From assembly GCA_041497975.1 (NCBI GenBank), contig JBGQHN010000002.1:1-60535 (forward strand): a stretch of 60,535 bases of DNA. Direction: 5' to 3'. The notes under the pieces were generated by a model that was not told the DNA's origin, searched no databases, and saw only the letters and a program-made list of their open reading frames with translations. Each line of letters opens with the position of its first letter. The first letter of the stretch is position 1. Of this stretch, positions 57,150 to 60,535 are shown in pieces. The translations under genes were made by a program, and so were the position numbers. The DNA comes from Planctomycetia bacterium. GTDB lineage: Bacteria > Planctomycetota > Planctomycetia > Pirellulales > PALSA-1355.

Positions 57150-57252
57150 TGCGGATTCCTGTGGGGACTATGGATTGGAGGCAGGGGGACGCGCGGAACA
57201 AACTCTCGAACACTGGACCAACGGCTCACCCGCCGCCGCGGCGACATCGAGC

Positions 57253-58149
57253 CTAATGCGCCAGGCGGAACGGAGCCTTGATTATGCCATCGCGCAAAGC
57301 CGCGAACAAACCGGCGGCCACAAGATCGGCCGTCGTGCCGGGGTTTCGCTGATGGTCGTCCGAGCGGAGCCAACAATCGAGGTCCGCCAGGCGATCCTGA
57401 TAGGCTTCGTCGGCCGGTTGTCCCGCCGACAGAACGCCGTACGCCATGGCGGCCGATTGTCGAGCGACTTCCATCCCGCGACGACGCGCGATCAGGCTGT
57501 CCGGAAACCGGCTCATCAGTTCCAGGTGGACGTGCACGATCGCTTGCGAAAGCGACAATCCCGACTCAAGCGCGCGCGTCAACAGCGGCACGACGACGTG
57601 CAGCACATGATGGAAGTTTTCGGCGTACTGCCGGGCCACCATGTCACGATCGGCGGCCAGACGCATGGCGGCCACCAGGTCGGCGGGAGGTTGGCCGGCC
57701 ACGTCGGCGCTGTCCACGCGCCCCAGGCCCCCCGGTTTGGCGCGGCGGATGGCCTCGTAAACGTCGCGAGCATCCTCCGCGGTGAGCCGCGCCAGCACCT
57801 CGCCGATCCCTTCGGCCACCGGCGCCCCGCGCGGGACCTTGGCCAGCGGCGCAACGAGCAGTAGCGTGCCCAGGTTGGTATTGGTGCCCACCGCGCGCTG
57901 CGTCGCTTCTACGGCGGCGAGGATCGTTTGGCCCAGGGAAACGCCGACGGCCGATTCCATGATCGGGCCCACCAGCACGGCCGAGACCAAAAAATCGGGA
58001 TAGGTAAGGTCCTCGAAATCTGCGCCCCGATGAACATTGCCAGGTTTGGGAGCCGTCGCTTCCATGATCATGGCCAGCGTGGCGCACTGACCGACCGAAA
58101 ACGTCGACACGAAATCGCAAGGCAACGGCGGGGTTTTGCTCATCGGCAC
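57253..58149 (-). CDS. Triphosphoribosyl-dephospho-CoA synthase (CitG/MdcB) family protein
   Basis: EATAPKPGNVHRGADFEDLTYPDFLVSA matches the CitG/MdcB N-terminal PKPG-x-V-x-R...F-x-x-SA signature. The protein is helical and about 300 aa. Confidence 0.75.
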   Translation of the reverse strand: MPMSKTPPLPCDFVSTFSVGQCATLAMIMEATAPKPGNVHRGADFEDLTYPDFLVSAVLVGPIMESAVGVSLGQTILAAVEATQRAVGTNTNLGTLLLVAPLAKVPRGAPVAEGIGEVLARLTAEDARDVYEAIRRAKPGGLGRVDSADVAGQPPADLVAAMRLAADRDMVARQYAENFHHVLHVVVPLLTRALESGLSLSQAIVHVHLELMSRFPDSLIARRRGMEVARQSAAMAYGVLSAGQPADEAYQDRLADLDCWLRSDDHQRNPGTTADLVAAGLFAALRDGIIKAPFRLAH

Positions 58150-59060
58150 GGCGAAGCGTCTTTCAAAGCCCGTGGAAGAGGATGCCTGTGGATGAAGTCA
58201 TCGACGATCGGCGCAATCCGTTCGTGCGCGTCCTCGACCACATAATGACCCGCGTCGGCCAGTCGATGTGCCTCGGCGCGCGGGAAAAGCGCGAGGAAGC
58301 GATCCAGAAACTGCGGCGTAAAGCACCAATCGCGCATGCCCCAGATAAACAGCCAGGGTTGCGCCGCCAGGCGCGGCAGACGCTGTTCGATGTCGAGCAG
58401 CGCCAGATAGCTGGGATGGCGCGGCGACATCGGAATATCGGCGACGAACCGGTAGATCGCCTGACGGTTGTACCACGAGTCGTAGGGCGCCAACAAGCCG
58501 GCCCGCACCGCGGGCGTCATGCGCTCGCGGTGAGCGACAGCCATCCCCAGCGCGCCGCGGGCAAAAGCGTTGAACCCCTGAACCGCCAGGCGGCCCAGCA
58601 ATGGCACGCGGCACACGCGTATCCGCCACGGCATGCTTGTCGAACGGAACGCCGCCGTGTTGAACAGCACGAAGCGGGCAAACCGCGATGGCCGGGCCAA
58701 GGCAGCGCCCAGACCGATCGGGCCGCCCCAATCGTGCGCCAGCAGCGTGACGTCGGTAAGGTCGAGCCGTTCGACGAGCTCTGCCAGGTTCTCGGCGTGC
58801 CGCGCCAACCGATACGGATACACTCGCGGCTTGTCGCTCAAGCCGCAACCGATATGGTCCACCGCGATCATGCGATATTTGGGCGAGAGCGCGCGGATCA
58901 ACGCGCGCCAATAAAACGACCACGTCGGATTTCCATGAACCAGCAACAATATCTGGCCCTGACCTTCATCGACGTAGTGATAGCGATGTCCGCCGACGAT
59001 TAACTCTCGCGACTGGAACGGGTAGAGTGATCGCCAATCGGGACAAGGGTGCATTGGCAA
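58140..59060 (-). CDS. Alpha/beta-fold hydrolase, haloalkane-dehalogenase/epoxide-hydrolase-like (Asp nucleophile)
   Basis: LLLVHGNPTWSFYWR, DHIGCGLSDKP and LLAHDWGGPIG (HDWGG nucleophile elbow) are present, with a C-terminal GHYVVED catalytic-His region. It overlaps the downstream CitG-like gene by 10 nt. Confidence 0.8.
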   Translation of the reverse strand: MPMHPCPDWRSLYPFQSRELIVGGHRYHYVDEGQGQILLLVHGNPTWSFYWRALIRALSPKYRMIAVDHIGCGLSDKPRVYPYRLARHAENLAELVERLDLTDVTLLAHDWGGPIGLGAALARPSRFARFVLFNTAAFRSTSMPWRIRVCRVPLLGRLAVQGFNAFARGALGMAVAHRERMTPAVRAGLLAPYDSWYNRQAIYRFVADIPMSPRHPSYLALLDIEQRLPRLAAQPWLFIWGMRDWCFTPQFLDRFLALFPRAEAHRLADAGHYVVEDAHERIAPIVDDFIHRHPLPRALKDASPCR

Positions 59061-59066
59061 GGAGGA

Positions 59067-60167
59067 TTATTCCGGCGGCAATTCGGCGACGATGTTGCCT
59101 TTGCGCGTGCCGAGGTTTCGCCAGACGGCGGCGTCAATGTTCTCCTCGACGAAGTGCGTTGAGCCGTCGACCATCACGGCAATAACGCCCCCCACGTGGG
59201 CACTGCGCGCGGTAGCAAACGATGCCCCCATCGACGGATTACTCTCGATGTTGCAGTCATACAAATAAGCCGGAGGCGGCATGGGATACGGTTCACACAA
59301 AGCCAGCACATCGGCAAATGCATCGGTATTCGGCGAAGGCGGGTACTGCGGAGTGATCGTATTCGGCGGGTGGCGAGTCGTGAAGGCCATGCCGCCCATG
59401 CCACCCAGGGTCCAAGCGCCCCGCACATCTTTGGCGGACGGATACCCGAGGATTTCGCTCGCCAAAATGGTCTTGGAGGTGCCGTCGGTGATGGTGGCCA
59501 GTTTGACGCCGAGCTTCGACCCCATTTTCCAACCACCTTTCATCGACGGATCGTTCATCGCTTGATTGATTGGGGCCCCTCGCGCTGAGCGGACGTCGAC
59601 GATATCAAACACGCCGGCCGTCGTGGGCGACTTGTAGGAGAAATATGTCTCGCTGCCAAAGTTGCCGACGTAATTCCCTTTGGCGATGTTGGTCACGCCG
59701 ATGGCGGTCAGATTCGCGGTGGACTCGAACCGTTCGGCGCTGGGACAGAGAAATGTCGGCGGCGGAGCAATCCCCTTGGTGCACTCTTCGCACACGTTGC
59801 AGCTCGTCTCCATACAGGCTTTGATCAAGTCGAATTGCGACCGCTCTTCCATGAAGGGCATGATGGCGATCGTCCAGGCCGGTCCTTGGCACCAGGCCCC
59901 TGCGCTGGCGCCGCCAGCGATGCCAAAATTCGCCGGGGAAACGCAGTTGGGCAAACCGGGCGGAAGCGCGCCGAACGTCTCTTCGTGCTGCTGCGCTGCC
60001 AACGCAACCTGATGCAAGTTGCTGATGCACTGATTGCGGCGCGCCGCCTCGCGGGCCGCATTCACGGCGGGAATGAGCAGCGCGATCAGTGCGCCAATGA
60101 TGGCAATCACGACCAGGAGCTCGACCAAGGTAAAGGCGCTTCGACGGCGCGGGACTTGCCGTTTCAT
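59067..60167 (-). CDS. DUF1559 protein with prepilin-type N-terminal cleavage/methylation domain
   Basis: [48 protein letters not shown] is the canonical Planctomycete type-II-pseudopilin-like N-terminus. [15 protein letters not shown] is the usual C-terminal block. Confidence 0.9.
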   Translation of the reverse strand: MKRQVPRRRSAFTLVELLVVIAIIGALIALLIPAVNAAREAARRNQCISNLHQVALAAQQHEETFGALPPGLPNCVSPANFGIAGGASAGAWCQGPAWTIAIMPFMEERSQFDLIKACMETSCNVCEECTKGIAPPPTFLCPSAERFESTANLTAIGVTNIAKGNYVGNFGSETYFSYKSPTTAGVFDIVDVRSARGAPINQAMNDPSMKGGWKMGSKLGVKLATITDGTSKTILASEILGYPSAKDVRGAWTLGGMGGMAFTTRHPPNTITPQYPPSPNTDAFADVLALCEPYPMPPPAYLYDCNIESNPSMGASFATARSAHVGGVIAVMVDGSTHFVEENIDAAVWRNLGTRKGNIVAELPPE

Positions 60168-60535
60168 ATCGTGGCCTCAAGACCGGGCGACAAGAAAAAA
60201 CCGCCGCGCAATCAGCGGAAGTGATTGGCCCGTCATTCTTTGTAACTTCGTTCTCCGACCGCGTCAACTCGAAGCATGGCGCCGGTGGCCATGGATCCGG
60301 GCTCGCGCTGCCGCGCCCGAGTTCCGAGCGAACCGCGCCGGCGCTTGCGGGCGGGCGACTGGAAGCTATCCGGGAGTTTATGCCACCTGTGAGCGTTATT
60401 TCGAGCCGCGTCGGCGGCTTGGCGACTAATCTTCGGGGTCGTACGATGAAAAGTGACTGCCGGAAAGCCATGGGATTGGGGTAGAATTGAGTATTCTGTC
60501 GAGCGCTGGTATTCCGAGGTGGTCGTGATCGAACA

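Noticed and set aside
1-60535. Search by eye for tRNA, rRNA, transposase/integrase, phage or defence-system genes
   Set aside because: None was recognised. The two RHH-like small proteins (6769..6966, 32884..33291) have no adjacent toxin-like partner, so no toxin-antitoxin call is made.

Overview
GC-rich chromosomal segment that looks like a Planctomycetota (Pirellula-like) genome. Pointers are a DUF1559 protein with a prepilin-type N-terminus, an overlapping DUF1549/DUF1553 + DUF1501 pair, a TIGR03067-type domain, an FGly-type sulfatase, a large Ser/Thr kinase and an N-terminal LEPLEERKLL-type leader. I can support about 43 protein-coding genes, one RNase P RNA (rnpB, 32421-32847), a perfect 25-bp tandem repeat and a few hairpins. 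I recognised no CRISPR array, transposase, integrase, tRNA or rRNA. All family calls rest on motif recognition by eye in the supplied translations; no searches were run. The most unusual locus is at 44.2-53.8 kb. An 894-aa ORF joins a full-length but apparently catalytically degenerate DXP-synthase (DXS) homologue to a C-terminal domain carrying the DDxxD / NSE-DTE metal-binding pair of class I terpene synthases at the canonical ~140-residue spacing. It is followed by two translationally coupled multi-domain sensor kinases, ispH (last MEP-pathway step) and a FadL-type outer-membrane channel for hydrophobic molecules. Other points of interest: a hydrolase / CHT1-like choline symporter / phosphatidylcholine synthase operon; a tandem-PilZ gene overlapping out of frame with an orphan KdpE-like winged-helix ORF; a PTPS(QueD)-CitG-hydrolase operon with no citrate-lyase or malonate-decarboxylase context; and a co-directional run of spermidine-synthase-like, sulfotransferase and two paralogous phosphodiesterase genes. 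The many long ORFs antisense to these genes are treated as high-GC artefacts.
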